Shown piece after piece: positions 25,205-41,268 of a stretch of DNA of 64,000 nucleotides. The translations under genes were made by a program, and so were the position numbers. Below the pieces are notes generated by a model. It was not told the origin of the DNA. It ran no database searches and saw only the letters and a program-made list of their open reading frames with translations. The stretch lies in the NCBI GenBank assembly GCA_964016885.1, contig OZ024743.1:125054001-125118000 (forward strand). The letters are read 5' to 3'. Each line of letters begins with the position of its first letter. The stretch's first letter is position 1. The stretch comes from Eledone cirrhosa (Eukaryota).

Positions 25205-26391
25205 TGTATAAAAATATAAATTCAGAGAGAATCGTATTTCGGCGGGTAGAAATAAGCGAAACGCAATTTCCGAGTTGTGTTGGCAAGCGCTCCATGGACC
25301 AAAAGAGACCAGAGCAATAAACATAAGTTATAAAGGCCATACAAACTGAGACGACAACCACCTAAGCCAAAAAGAACGAGGCAAGTTAAACGGGTCAAAC
25401 AAAATAAATGAAATATTTACCCGGACCCTGGGAAATGATGGTATAATCCAGTACAGAGTTTCTGCGACACCTAAATCAATAATACTGTCTGCTTAAAAAA
25501 ATAAGCTTTTGGTATAATGATCGAACAAGGTTGTCACTTTCTCAACAGGTATTTTGTTCTGCACCAGCGTTTTGAATCACACAGTGTTTTGTAGTAGTCA
25601 AAGCACATGTGTAACTCTACAGGGGAGAAAACCCCAAATTTTGGCAAATGAATTCAGTATGTGTAAATCAATGCAAAAATTGCAAAAACACTACAAATCG
25701 AATTAAGCTCTCGACCGGCGGCGTAAAGAAGCTGTTAAAACAGCAAAATGCCGTGGAAACGGCGTTGAATAAAACATTATCTCGAAGAATAGGAATCAGC
25801 GGCTCGAAGAATTGATAGGAAGGAAAGAATAGAGTGGATTAGAGATCACAAACATTTAAATATACTAATCAGCTTTCAGACCATCTGCAGTTTCAAAGAT
25901 TTGACTGAAAGGACTGCGAAGGACAGGCGGCTCGTAACAACGGAGAAATAAATATCTCCGTAGGTATGATGTTATAATGTTTGTGTTGAGACAGGTCAGA
26001 GAGAGAGTGAGAGAGAGAGATGAATTGCGTCCACTCGTCGTCGCAAGAAAGGAAGAACAATGTCATTGTAAGCGGAAGTGGCCTGTAGAAGGTAGAGGGA
26101 AAGAAAGAAAGCAAGCAGTGAGAGGGAAGGGAGAGAGAGAACGAAAGAACGGGGAACAAAGGAAGAGGGAAGAAAAGACAACTCACCTTAAGCATGGTAT
26201 AAATCCGCAATAGCTACAATAGGTATGATAATGTATAAACAAAATTCGCACTCCTTTCAGTCAAATCGTTTTACTCTACGTCGGTTCGACGGCATTCTTC
26301 TGTTTTAACAGCTTCCTTACGCCGGGCTTTTCCATTTTCCTACGAATTCTAATACACTTGCATTTCAAAACTCGATATTCGAGTTAATTTT

Positions 26392-26400
<9 letters not shown>
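25205..26400. mobile_element. Unclassified non-autonomous DNA element with nested inverted repeats
   Basis: ggcgtaaagaagctgttaaaacag..tgccgt (~25720) versus its reverse complement at ~26287-26325; tttgactgaaagga (~25900) versus tcctttcagtcaaa (~26252); flanked by (TA)n. Confidence 0.4.
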
Positions 26401-29933
<3,533 letters not shown>

Positions 29934-30055
29934 ATTATATATATTATATATGTATGTATGTATGTATATTGTAGTACAAACTTGGTATAAATATCCAAGA
30001 GTCTAGAGCTCTCAGTCCGTGGGTCGAGTTATGTATAAGTATTTAGAACAATGCT

Positions 30056-30166
30056 ATACGCAGATACTTAAGTTTCGTTGGGTTTATCACCAACTCATTC
30101 AGTCCGTCATGTTGGCAGACTGAATGAATTGATGTTAAACCCAACGAAACTTAGGTATCTGCATAT
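30056..30166. repeat. Imperfect palindrome with a hammerhead 3' half on both arms
   Basis: gcagatacttaagtttcgttgggttta... / ...taaacccaacGAAActtaggTAtctgc. Confidence 0.6.
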
Positions 30167-30211
30167 GCCACTTATTAATATATATATTTAAAATACGTGG
30201 CTGATTCTTAC

Positions 30212-30305
30212 CTCCCGTGCCATCTCCTTTTGTGATATCACCCATCTGAATAACGAAGTCAGGAACGATTCGGTGAATGTAAGAATCTTTGTAATGTAGC
30301 TTATC
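30212..30305 (-). CDS. Cyclophilin B/C-like PPIase, coding exon 2
   Basis: aacag|[32 protein letters not shown]|gtaag; catalytic HR..P.F..Q..D motif; 94 nt, phase 0->1. Confidence 0.93.
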
Positions 30306-30765
30306 CTGTTAATAAATTACAATGAAACGGATATAAAACAGAATAAATATTAACCCTTTCGTTACTTTATTTCTAATGAAATACACTGCCAATGTGTTTT
30401 AATTATTTTTTGTTCGTGTTTTAATTAATGAGGAATTAAAAGAATGACAAACAAATAGACAGAAAGAAATACAGAAGAAAGACTGATAGAATATAGGAAT
30501 GAAGGGCAGAAAGAGAGGAATGAAAAAAAGGATGCTTGAAAGAGAGAAAACAAGCAAGAAAATGGAATAAATAAAATATAGAAAGAAGAAAAAGAAAATG
30601 TGAGAAAAGAAAGGAAAGGGGGGGAAAGGAACAAAGAAAAGAGAGAAGTATGAAAGAAAACTAAAAAGAATGAAATAAATAAAACGAGAACAAAGAAAAA
30701 GCAAGTCAGAAAAGAGACAACGAAGACAACGGATTATAAAAATGAGGAAAAGTAGCTAAACATAC

Positions 30766-30990
30766 CTTCCCTCGGTTGTATCCTCGTGTGATTGCTACAA
30801 AATTGGTGACTGTCATAGGCGCAACTATGCCAAATAAAGCAATGACTACACGACCCGTGTCGTCATCTCCATGTTCATCAATGATGGAGAAATCAAACCA
30901 AGCTTCATCAGTAACAGTATAGTTGGAATTTGCAGAAGTAGTTTGACTCAGCAGAAAGAAAACCGAAGTAAATAAACAGAATTTGATCAT
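30766..30990 (-). CDS. Secreted cyclophilin B/C-like PPIase, coding exon 1 (signal peptide plus N-terminal strands)
   Basis: [20 protein letters not shown] (hydrophobic signal peptide) [16 protein letters not shown]...[25 protein letters not shown]; donor AAG|gtatg, phase 0; upstream acceptor ttacctag at 31093-31094. Confidence 0.93.
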
Positions 30991-31803
30991 TGTGGATTTT
31001 TGTTGTTGTTGATGTTTTATCTTCTAGTTTTTTAGTTTTCTTTTATTATTTTCAGGCCTTTATATTTCTATTTCTTGGTGAATGGGTGAAATCTAGGTAA
31101 AAAAAAAGAAAAGATCAACTCAACAAACATTGCGAGTTACTTCTTGCATCACTTCATTTTTTGCTTTTATTGTTTAGTTAGGAAAGGAAAACCAATACCC
31201 GTGACCCTTTTCAGTTCCTCAGAGATTGGTGGAATGAAAGGGAAGATGAAAGGCACTCTCAAATCAGAGACCTGATTTCAATGTCCACATCAGAAATGGC
31301 TCAGATAAAGGCACCCCCAAACTAAATAGTATTATACCAGGCGATAAATTAGGTCTACTACTCAAGTAGGAAAAAACAGGATTTGAACTAAGAACGCGCA
31401 AATAGTGGGAACAAATACTGGAAGGTATTGCGCCCGACTCTCAAATAGTCCCACTAATCCATCGTTCTTTATTTTATTGACCCAGAAAAGACTACAGGCG
31501 AACCAGAAAAAATACCGCAAGGCATTATATCCTATGCTCTAACGATTCGGCAAATTTATCGTCTTGTATCTGGTATTCTTGTATGTAGACCCCAAATATT
31601 GTTCATAAAGTTTTCTATCAGATTAGTGACTTCTCAGAGCATTCTTGAAAACATCTCCGAGTATATGTGAAGACAACATATAATCCATGGGAAATTGTAT
31701 TATTATTGACAAAAGAAGAAAATATACATACGTCAGTATTATGTACTAATCCTTGGTCAAGACAATTTTGACCAGTGAAATACAAGAATAAAAATTTACT
31801 TAC

Positions 31804-31860
31804 TTTCTAATTGTTTTTTTCTTTTTTCGTCACAACAGTGGTGGCACAAGCTGTCTTACT
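31804..31860 (-). other. Putative non-coding 5'UTR exon of the cyclophilin gene
   Basis: Runs from the Inr to a consensus donor |gtaagt (31803-31798); a matching acceptor at 31093 precedes coding exon 1. Confidence 0.6.
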
Positions 31861-31891
31861 GAGGAAAATTCTACAGCAGTTCTTTATATAA
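31858..31891 (-). promoter_or_regulatory. Core promoter (TATA box plus initiator) of the cyclophilin gene
   Basis: On the minus strand TATATAAAG begins at 31890 and a TCAGT initiator has its A at 31860, the canonical 30-nt spacing. Confidence 0.65.
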
Positions 31892-32534
31892 GAACTGGTA
31901 AAAAATAAACGACGTGCCACGATATCTCGTTGAATTCTGAACCAATCAACGCAATTTCACCTGCTTCATTACTGAAAAGAAGCCACGTAAATGTAGCACT
32001 TGTTGAAATAAAAACAATTTGTGCATGTCGACAAAATGAAAAAGTAATAATGATTTCAAAGTCGATATGAACAATGGGTAAAAGGATAATACCAAATACG
32101 CCGATAGAGATGGTATCAGAATTTTCTCACCAACAAATAAAAATACCATTATGAATCAACGAAAGTAATTGATTTTCTCAAGTTATATTATAGTTCATTG
32201 ACTTTGTATATGTAAGCTTTCCATTCAGCTCAATATTTCATGTGAAAACATGAAAACAAATTTTAAATATAATAATGCTAAAAACAAACTTTATCCAGAT
32301 AAAAATAAACTTTTTTTTAATATAATAATTTCAACTGAAAACGAATATATCAAAGAGGATTTTTTTCTTCTATTCTAACCAGCTTTTTCACTGCCATTAG
32401 GGTCCACAAGCAGGTAAGTAACTTTGGTTTATTTAATATACAATAATTAGTCAATCATAGACACGGCCTCCGATAAAAAATGTTCAAGGTGGAACAAGAC
32501 TCTCAAATCAAACCAAATATCACTAGACGTGTAA

Positions 32535-33715
32535 AAGAGGGTTGGCTGGAAAATTCATAAAATGACCAAGATACTCTCATGGAATGTGACCAAATGAGGT
32601 TTATTTTTCAACATAGTCCTCTTGCGGTCCACACATTTTTTCCATTGGGGTTGCAGTGCTTAGATCCCATTGGTGAAACAACTTTCATCCTGTTGGTAAA
32701 AAAAAGTCAACAGCAGATATGACGTCATCATCACCGCGATACTGGTGCCCAGAAAAGTGTTTTTAATGTTGGGGAACAGATGATAGTCATATGGGGCAAA
32801 ATCAGGAGAATTGGGGAGATGATCAACCAATTCAAACCCACAGCCCCGCACAACAACCATTGAAACCAAAGACTTGTGTGCTGGAGCATTGTCCAGATGA
32901 AAAAAAATCCTTGCGTCAGTTTTCCTGGGCGTTTGGTCTTGATAGCCTTTCATAACTGCCTCAGCAAGTTGTCATAGTACTCTTCATTGATGGTGTGGCC
33001 CTTGTGAAGATAGTTAATAAACATAGTGTATTTTGCATCCTCCGAAACTGACGCCATCTTTGCGAGAGGTGAGGATGGGTGTTTTCACTGCATGGATTGT
33101 CTCTTTGTCTTTGGCTCAAAGTGATGGACTTAACGCTCATCCTAGGTTAGGAAACTTTCGGCTGGATCTGACTCAAACAATGTCAGATTTTCGCGTGATG
33201 TGATCAGCCTGATGCGCTTTTAATCTGGTGTCAGAAGACGTGGCACCCACTGAATAGAAACCTTCAACATGCTAAGTTCATTGTGCAGAATATTCTCAAC
33301 TATCTCACGGGATATACTAATCATCACTATGTGGTGAACACAATCAATCTTTTCCTCGGAGGTGGCAGTTGCAGGACGTCTAGACCTAGGCTCATCCTCC
33401 CCTCCTAAACTCAGCTGTTGATAAAGCTGAAGCATTATCCATAAATGTAGCAGCCATGTCAGCATGAATGTTCTTGGGGGTTAAACCCTTTTTATGCACG
33501 TACTTGATAACACCACGATGCCAAATGTTGTCTATTTTCAAGAGACATCGCTACTAGTTACTTTTGAAGTCTTCTTTGAACAGTCAAATGTCAGTTTGCC
33601 TAGAACGAAACAATGCAGTTATTAATAAGAAGAGGTGAAATTAATGCATGCAAGATTTCACAGCTCAAACATCACTCCTTCATAGTCAGCGTGTGAACTT
33701 TTAAGCTCACCTTCA
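32535..33715 (-). mobile_element. Degenerate full-length Tc1/mariner transposon
   Basis: DEPRSRRP, WVPRLLT, HLDNAPAH, HLPNSPDFAPYDYHLFP (D,D34D-type motifs); decayed TIRs at both ends; ~1.2 kb. Confidence 0.88.
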
Positions 33716-34179
33716 GAAATGGGGACTGAAGAACAGGTCGCTACTCTTCCAGCTCAGCTGGAAAATTTCGGGGAACGCGAAAACCCAGAGATTTTATTTG
33801 CTATAGCACCCCACTTGAACAAACTTTATGCGCGCTTGTAATCATGAACACACAAGAGTTTTGCAACATACAAACACTTCAAGCCGTTCAGTTACCCTAG
33901 TCGCCAATGATTATGCATATTTGACTGCGCCATTCTTTAAATGTCTATATATTTTTTACATTTTTCTCCTGATTGATTTACATTTCGTGCCTCCATCGGA
34001 ATACACTTGTTTAGTTGCTGTGTTATATATTATGTACATTCTATCGACTTCCTTTTACCGCCCATACATCTTCCAATGACTATCTTTTCCACACACCACC
34101 GAGCAATATCCTTGCATTATCCTTGACTGTATATTGATTATATCCTTCTTCACCCGCCATGCTTCCCCTACAAATAATT

Positions 34180-35610
34180 CTTCCTGGCATTAGCACAAAG
34201 TTAGCAATTTGGGGGAAAAGGAAAGTCGGTTATAACGACACTGGTACTTCACTGGTGCTTTATTTTATCGACCTTGAAAGGATGAAAGGTAAAAGTGACG
34301 TCAGCGAGATTTTAACATAGAATGTAGAAAGTTATAACTAAACACCATAAAACTGGTTCTTTATTCTATCGACCCCGGAAGGATTAAAGGTAAAGCAAAC
34401 CTCAGCGGGATTTGAAATCAGTACGTAGCATGGCGTCCGACTCTCTACCGATTCTGCCAATTCACACCCACCAATAGTAATTGTTTCTACTTTTGGCACA
34501 AGGCCAGAAATTATCCCAGTGCATTACTGGTACTTTATTTTATCGACCCCGTAAGGATGAACAGCAAAGTTAACCTCGGCGGGATTTGAACTCAGAATGG
34601 CAAGGGCCGTAACTCTATGCGTTAAAGCATGGCATCCGACCCTCTACCGATACTGCCAACTCACCGCCCTTCACCCACCAATAATAATGATTTCTACTAT
34701 AGGCACAAGGCCAGCAATTTTGGGGGAGGGGAAAGTCAATTAAATCAACCCCAGTGTGTGACTGGTACTTTATTTTATTGACCCCATAAGGAAGAAAGGC
34801 AAAGTTAACCTCGGCGGGATTTGAACTTGTAACGTAAAGGGCCGTAACTCTATGTCGCAACGCATGTTGTCCGTCGCTCTACCGATACTGCCAATTCAAT
34901 GCACAACCACCACTAATAATAATGATTTCTAGTATAGGCACAAGGCCAGTAATTTGGGGGGAGGGGAAGTCGATTACATGAACCCCAGTACGTTACTGGT
35001 GCTTTATTTTTTCGACCCCATAAGGATGAAAGGCAAAGTTAACCTCAGCTGGATTTGAACTCAGACCGTAAAAGGCTGTAACTCTAAGCTGCAAAGCATA
35101 GTGTCCGACGCTCTACTGATACTGCCAATTCAACGCACAACCACCACTAATAATAATTGTTTCTACTTTAGGCACAAGGCCAGCAACAATCCAGTGCATT
35201 ACTGGTACTTTATTTTATCCACCCCGTAAGGATGAACGGCAAAGTTAACCTCGGCGGGATTTGAACTCAGAATTGCAAGGGCCGTAACTCTATGCGTCAA
35301 AGCATGGCGTCCGACCCTCTACCGATACTGCCAATCCATCTATAATAATTGTTTCTAGTTTTGGCACAAGGCCAGCAATTATCCCAGTGTATTACTGGTA
35401 CTTTATTTTATCGACCCCGTCACCTATAATAATTGTTTCTACTTTTGGCACAAGGCCAGCAATTATCCCAGTGTATTACTGGTACTTTATTTTATCGACC
35501 CTGTAAGGATGAAAGGCAAAGTTAACCTTGGCGAGATTTGAACTCAGATTATAAAGGGGCGTAACTCTTTGCTGCAAAGCATAGTGTCAGACCCTCTACT
35601 GATACTGCCT
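34180..35610 (-). repeat. Head-to-tail array of ~8 Nin/Deu-domain SINE copies
   Basis: Repeated tttctacttttggcacaaggccagc...ttttatcgaccccgtaaggatgaa...gatttgaactcag...gatactgccaa units separated by (AAT)n. Confidence 0.9.
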
Positions 35611-37029
35611 TATTTTGTCCTCACTTTCATCCCACTATGTTTAGTTATCTTTGTAACCTTTTTCATTTCCCTACTCTCCCTCTTAATAATAACTACCACC
35701 TTTGCTTATAATCAGTTAAGCAGACCTTCTTTCTTATTGTTGTCATGAAATGCTCTTACTTTACACAGACTTCAATTAATACGCTTACAATGACGTGTGA
35801 TTGCCTTACAGTTACAATGCTAGTTATTGCTTTTGTGGCAATAGGCAATCCTTCCCAAAATGGGGTTGACCAGCATTTCTCAATGTATACGAATCCCTTG
35901 ACCCTTTCTAATTAGACTGGCTTTCTTATTTTTCTCTACCTATCAACGCCTTACGACTTATGTAATTTTATTTCATTCTTCTTTATAGGATATTTTCCTC
36001 TACCCATATCACTAACATCATCTCTTTGTTATAATCCTCACTCTATCTTTTCTCCCTCTGATAATTATCCCTTATTTAATGACTTCATAGTTTTCACCCT
36101 TTAACGCCTTCTCGTGATTACTAACCCTCTAATCACTTCTTTTTTACATGAGAAGTCTTAATCAGATGCGGACTGGGTTTTAAAACCAGCCCGGATATCT
36201 GTCACCTATCAGGTCAAGCCATTGTTCATTAATATGTTGCTTACTTAAGAAAATAGAGAGCATGCTTATAAACACGTTCCATTTTCGTTCAAACTTTGTG
36301 CTGTGGTTATGAATTTTAGTTTTACGCGACATATCTTCAGCTGTTTTTTTTTATTCCCCCAGACCTGAGGCCCACCACACATTACCTGAATGTTTGCTAG
36401 AATATGAAAACCCAGCTAATTATAAAAGACTTTAATCATTTAAACAATACTTCGTCCGATTGCCACACTGAAGCATTACATGGATATAACAATTATTACC
36501 TACTGGTATATATATAGTGTATACATTTTGGGCATTTTTGTCTCCACTGTATACTTGTTGCTAACTTGTCTTTCAGTGGTATCCCAAGATTTTCGTGCAT
36601 TAAAGAGGTAATCTCTTACGTTTTACTGCGTACAGAGAAATAGTTGAAAGTACTTTACGCTGTATTCGTTTCACAGCAAAAGCTTCTCATTAAAAAAAGC
36701 TGTAGTTATATCTGCATTAAATTTACCTTAAATCTTCAAATATATCCTGTGTTCTGGCATAAATATTTACCATTTAATTAATTACGCTGCGAAAAGTATG
36801 CACGCATTGCCCAACAATCGCTAAATTTGCTTATAACTATGAAAGGGCTGCAAAAAATATCAATAGATTAGGAAAAATATAAATCAATATTAAGAAGGCC
36901 AATGTTCACGTTTTTGCAGTCAAATTGTCTCCCTTAGATCATCCAGATTATGTTTGGGGGATCTTCTATCTTTCACTGTTCTGTATTTTCCTTTTTGTTT
37001 AAACATTTTCCGGTTCAATTTCATTGTCA

Positions 37030-37945
37030 CAGGTTAAACAAGTTGGTCCTCAGGGTTCACAAAACGTATGTACCTGGTATGGTGCCGTTGTAGTAACAGG
37101 CCTTAATTATATTCAAACTCGCCCTACGAACTTGAGTTGCGCTATACCTTGGATATGTTTACCTACCTTATTACTACTATGTAAAAGGACGAAAAAACGG
37201 GTCAGTACTATACGAACATGCCAGACGACAACATGACGGTAACATAGACAACACAGAAATTAGAATAATATCTAAACATAGAAATGACCCAGCAGATAGG
37301 CAAATCAGAAAGGCCAGTGAAATAGAAATTAGAAGACCAAAGCTAAACAGAAAGAATTAATGGAATAACAACAACACCCAAACAAACAACACTGACACCT
37401 GGAATATAGCTTAAGAGAAACTTGAAGATAGTGATATGATAGGCACCAAATATTTTGAACTGGTCTATAGAATTCTCTTGGCCTTTGTCACTCTAAGTAG
37501 AACTTTAAAGAATTAGCTTTTAAAGAATTTCCCTTTTCTTTAAATCCATCAACCATGACCGACCCCCAAGGATCTTATAGACACCTGAAATATAGGCATT
37601 GTTAACTTAAGAGAAACTTAAAAATAAGGAGTGGCACCCCATTCTGAACTTGTTTATAGAATTCTTTCTGCCTTTGTCACTCTAAATATAAATTATATCT
37701 TTAAAGAACTAGCCTTTAACGAATTCCCTTTTCTATCAACCAATGACCTCTACCCATCCCACTTCTACCACCTGAAAGGACCTATAAATACCACATTTAT
37801 TTTGGGATAGCCAGATTCCTGATGATTTCTAAAGAATGAAACAGTTCTAGTCCTGTAGAATCTCATCTATATTAAAACTTTTATACTCTGCTATGTATTG
37901 AGTACCTTACTTACTGTGGTTACCTCCGATTCAACCCGGAATAAC
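37030..37945 (+). mobile_element. PLE 3' remnant with internal ~185-bp tandem duplication and pseudo-LTR
   Basis: GIY-YIG C-terminal-like RKASEIEIRRPKLNRK; duplicated units ~37395-37580 and ~37580-37760; hammerhead at 37813; ends in (TA)n. Confidence 0.55.
37813..37863 (+). ncRNA. Type-I hammerhead ribozyme with a monomer-competent stem III
   Basis: AGATTC-CTGATGA-TTTCTaaAGAAT-GAAA-CAGttctagtcCTG-TA^-GAATCT; GUA cleavage triplet. Confidence 0.78.
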
Positions 37946-37949
37946 GTAC

Positions 37950-38029
<80 letters not shown>

Positions 38030-38045
38030 ATATATATATATATAT

Positions 38046-38455
38046 TGAAGAGTTAAACAAAATTCAATGAGTATATCAAAGAATGAGTTTTACAGTAGAT
38101 TGGAAGCACTCTACGAAAAATAATTTTCCAGAGTTATTAATATTAGAATATAAATATTAATAAAATAGATGTTCTTTTGATGAATTACATTTTATTATAC
38201 ATATTTCGGATGTACAACAGTACGTCCTCATCAGACAAAATATAATGATACATGACATACCCTGAGATGTTAAGATTTAATGGTTAAGATTTAATCAATG
38301 GTTAAGATTTAATATTAACCATTTAACATCTCAGGGTATGTCATGTATCATTATATTTTGTCTGATGAGGACGTACTGTTGTACATCCGAAATATGTATA
38401 ATAAAATGTAATTGATCAAAAGAACATCTATTTTATTAATATTTATATTCTAATA
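38046..38455. mobile_element. Head-to-head inverted pair of a hammerhead-bearing element in (TA)n
   Basis: ~38142-38272 is the reverse complement of ~38323-38454; the centre has (ggttaagatttaat)-type stutter repeats. Confidence 0.8.
38347..38416 (+). ncRNA. Minimal type-I hammerhead ribozyme; mirror copy on - at ~38184-38249
   Basis: TTATATTTTGT-CTGATGA(38362)-GGAcGTACtgttGTACaTCC-GAAA-TATGTA-TA^-ATAAAATGTAA. Confidence 0.8.
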
Positions 38456-38513
38456 TATAGATATATAGTGACGAAAACATAAGTCAATTGCATGAACTCA
38501 TAATCCTTTATTT

Positions 38514-38569
38514 ACTGCTATATATATTTCGATGATAGCCATTGAATGGCTATGACCTCATCAGGCAGT
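38514..38569 (-). ncRNA. Minimal type-I hammerhead ribozyme (different family)
   Basis: Minus strand: ACTGC-CTGATGA-GGTcATAGCCATtcaATGGCTATcATC-GAAA-TATATA-TA^-GCAGT. Confidence 0.8.
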
Positions 38570-38683
38570 TAGTCAGTTCTTAGATATGCCAGCTCTGTGT
38601 TTATAGTGTTGATGGTATCAGAGCCTTGGGACATATATATATATATATATATATATAGATATATATATATCTCTCTATCTCTT

Positions 38684-38798
<115 letters not shown>

Positions 38799-39337
38799 AG
38801 GAATTGATACTAGTTATAATCATAACAATGAAAACAACCCAACACGTGTCTTTCATATCTTTGGTGGAGATCTTTTTTTAGGAACAGGGGTGAATTGTAA
38901 GTGTATAATAAGCTGCAGTGGTACATATGTGATAAGAAATTGGTAGACGTATAGAATAATTGTTTCTATTTTTGGCACAAGGCCAGAAATTACTCAGTAC
39001 ATTACTGGTACTTTATTTTATTGACCCTATAAGGATGAAATGCAAAGTTAGAATAATTGTTTCTACTTTTGGCACAAGGCCAGCAATTACCTCAGTGCAT
39101 AACAGGTACTTTATTTTATCGACCCCGTAAGGATGAAAGGCAGAGTTAACCTCGGGGGGATTTGAACTCAGATCATAAAGGGCTGTAACTCTATGCTACA
39201 AAGCATGGCGTCCGACCTTCTACCGATACTGCCAACCAACGTCCAGTTAGAATAATGAACCAATGTAATTTGAAAAAAAAAGTCTTGTTGAAATGAGTGT
39301 AATGAAAGAACATATTTATCTATCTATCTATATATAT

Positions 39338-41268
39338 TTGGATCAGTCTAGGGCATTCGATAGGGTCGACCATCGATACTTGGAAGCGGTTCTCAAGGCG
39401 GCCGGTTTCGGTCCCGTGTTCAGAGGATGGATCGAGGCGATGCACACCAGCATCTGCTCGAGGGTCAAGGTGAACGGCTACCTATCGGAGCCGTTCGCAA
39501 TCACGCGTTCCATTCGACAGGGATGCCCTCTCTCCTCCATTCTGTATGTATTGACTCTAGAGCCACTACTGCGGAAATTGGAGCTGTTTTAGGGCATCCC
39601 CCTAGAACCGGTACTGCGCAAAGCGGCGTCGGCTTATGCCGACGACGTGACAGTAATGGTGTCGAGCACCTCGGAAATCGGGGTGATCGGCAACATACTG
39701 AAAGAATACGAAACGCTGACGGGAGCAAAACTAAACCCAGACAAGTCTGTCGGTTTGCAACTCGGTACGTGGAGAGGCAAACCGATGACATCCGACAGCG
39801 TCGTTGGACGCTGGACGGACGGACCGGTGAAATTGCTCGGGGTCTGGTTCGGTCCAGACCTCCAGGTGGAGAAAAACTGGAACGAGGTCACGGCCAAGGT
39901 GTTTGCACTCACTCAGAAGTGGACAGAGTGCAAACTGTCCTTGAAAGGTCGAGCGGAGGTGGCGAACACTTTCATAGCGTCCGTCATCTACTACTGCTTG
40001 ACTGTCGTGCCTTGTCCCCGTGAACACCTCGCCAAGATGGAACGCATGCTCTTCCAGTTTCTGTGGAAGAAGCAGGCTCCGCTGGTGAGGAGATCCGTCT
40101 GCTGTCAGCACCCTTCCAACGGAGGGCTGGGAATGCCGTGGCTGATGATGCGCAAACATGCGCTGAGGCTGCGGCATCTCCAGGTATTCCTCACCGACCC
40201 CCAACCGGTGTGGGCACCGTTTGTGAGACAGGCTTTCCCACAGCTCGTCTCGCTAACGGAGCTGCAGTCCTGGGTGAAGAAAAGACCGAAAACGATGGGC
40301 GCCTGGCACATTGAATGCGCTCAGGCGCTCACAGTCCTCTGGCAAGCGGGCGCAGCAATCAGTGGAGACTCCACTTCGACATTCTATAGAGGGATTGTAC
40401 GTTACAAGGGCGACGACGTGCTCGGAGAGACTCTGGGCGTCGAAGACGATGAGCTCACCAGTATGTTTGGTAGGACTTTCCGCCCGGGACCTATGGACAA
40501 CTTCCAGAGGTCCCTGGCCTGGCAGTGCTACCGAGGAGCTCTACCGGTTCGTGACAAGATCTACAGGCACGGACGCCCTGGCAGGGATCCTTCCAAGAGG
40601 ACGTGTCCAAGATGTGCGCAGGACATTGAAACAGTTCTGCACGCAATTGTACACTGCCCGGGCGTAAGCGACCTGTGGAACTATGCAGAACAACTGCTGT
40701 CGCGTATGGGACAAATACAGTTGACTGCCGAGTCCATAGTAAGGATCAAACCGCCAGACTCTTTCAAAAACGAAAGAGAGGCGGTTTTCCTCTGTACGGT
40801 GGCTATGGTGAAAGAAGTTATATGGTGGACGAGGTTGAGAGGACTGAGGACAGATGCCTTTCTCTCCGGACAACAATTGATTCCATTCTTTAAGTATCAC
40901 TTTAGAAGGAGAATCAGGGTGGAGAGAGAGGCACTGCACCCCAGTAAATTTACTGAAAGGTGGGTGAATGAAGCGAAAATGGCCCGAGTGATTGGGCCTT
41001 CTCTGTTTATAAGCCTGTAGGTTGAGGAAGAGAGCAAAAGGAAGAAAGGAGCACTTGCACAACACGCTCCTTGAGTTGAGGGTTGTTCTATCGACGGGGT
41101 ATTAAACAACCCATTTGTGGCGCCTCCCCCCTATTGGGGATTTCGATTGTTGAAATTGTTTGTTTTTATATTTTTTACACGACTGTATGTAAAATCCCCG
41201 GCATGTCTTTGTATTGTCCCCTTTCTTGTTGCGCCCTTGTGGCTAATAAAGAAATCTATCTATATATA
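39338..41268 (+). mobile_element. Tx1/L1-like LINE, 5'-truncated (RT plus CCHC zinc finger), one in-frame stop
   Basis: LDQSRAFDRVDH, SIRQGCPLS, AYADD; TAG at 39590; ORF 39647-41020 with CPRC...H...C; 3'UTR with AATAAA. Confidence 0.92.

Noticed and set aside
34180-35610. CRISPR-like repeat array
   Set aside because: Units are ~190-nt SINEs with Pol III boxes and no unique spacers, in a eukaryotic context.
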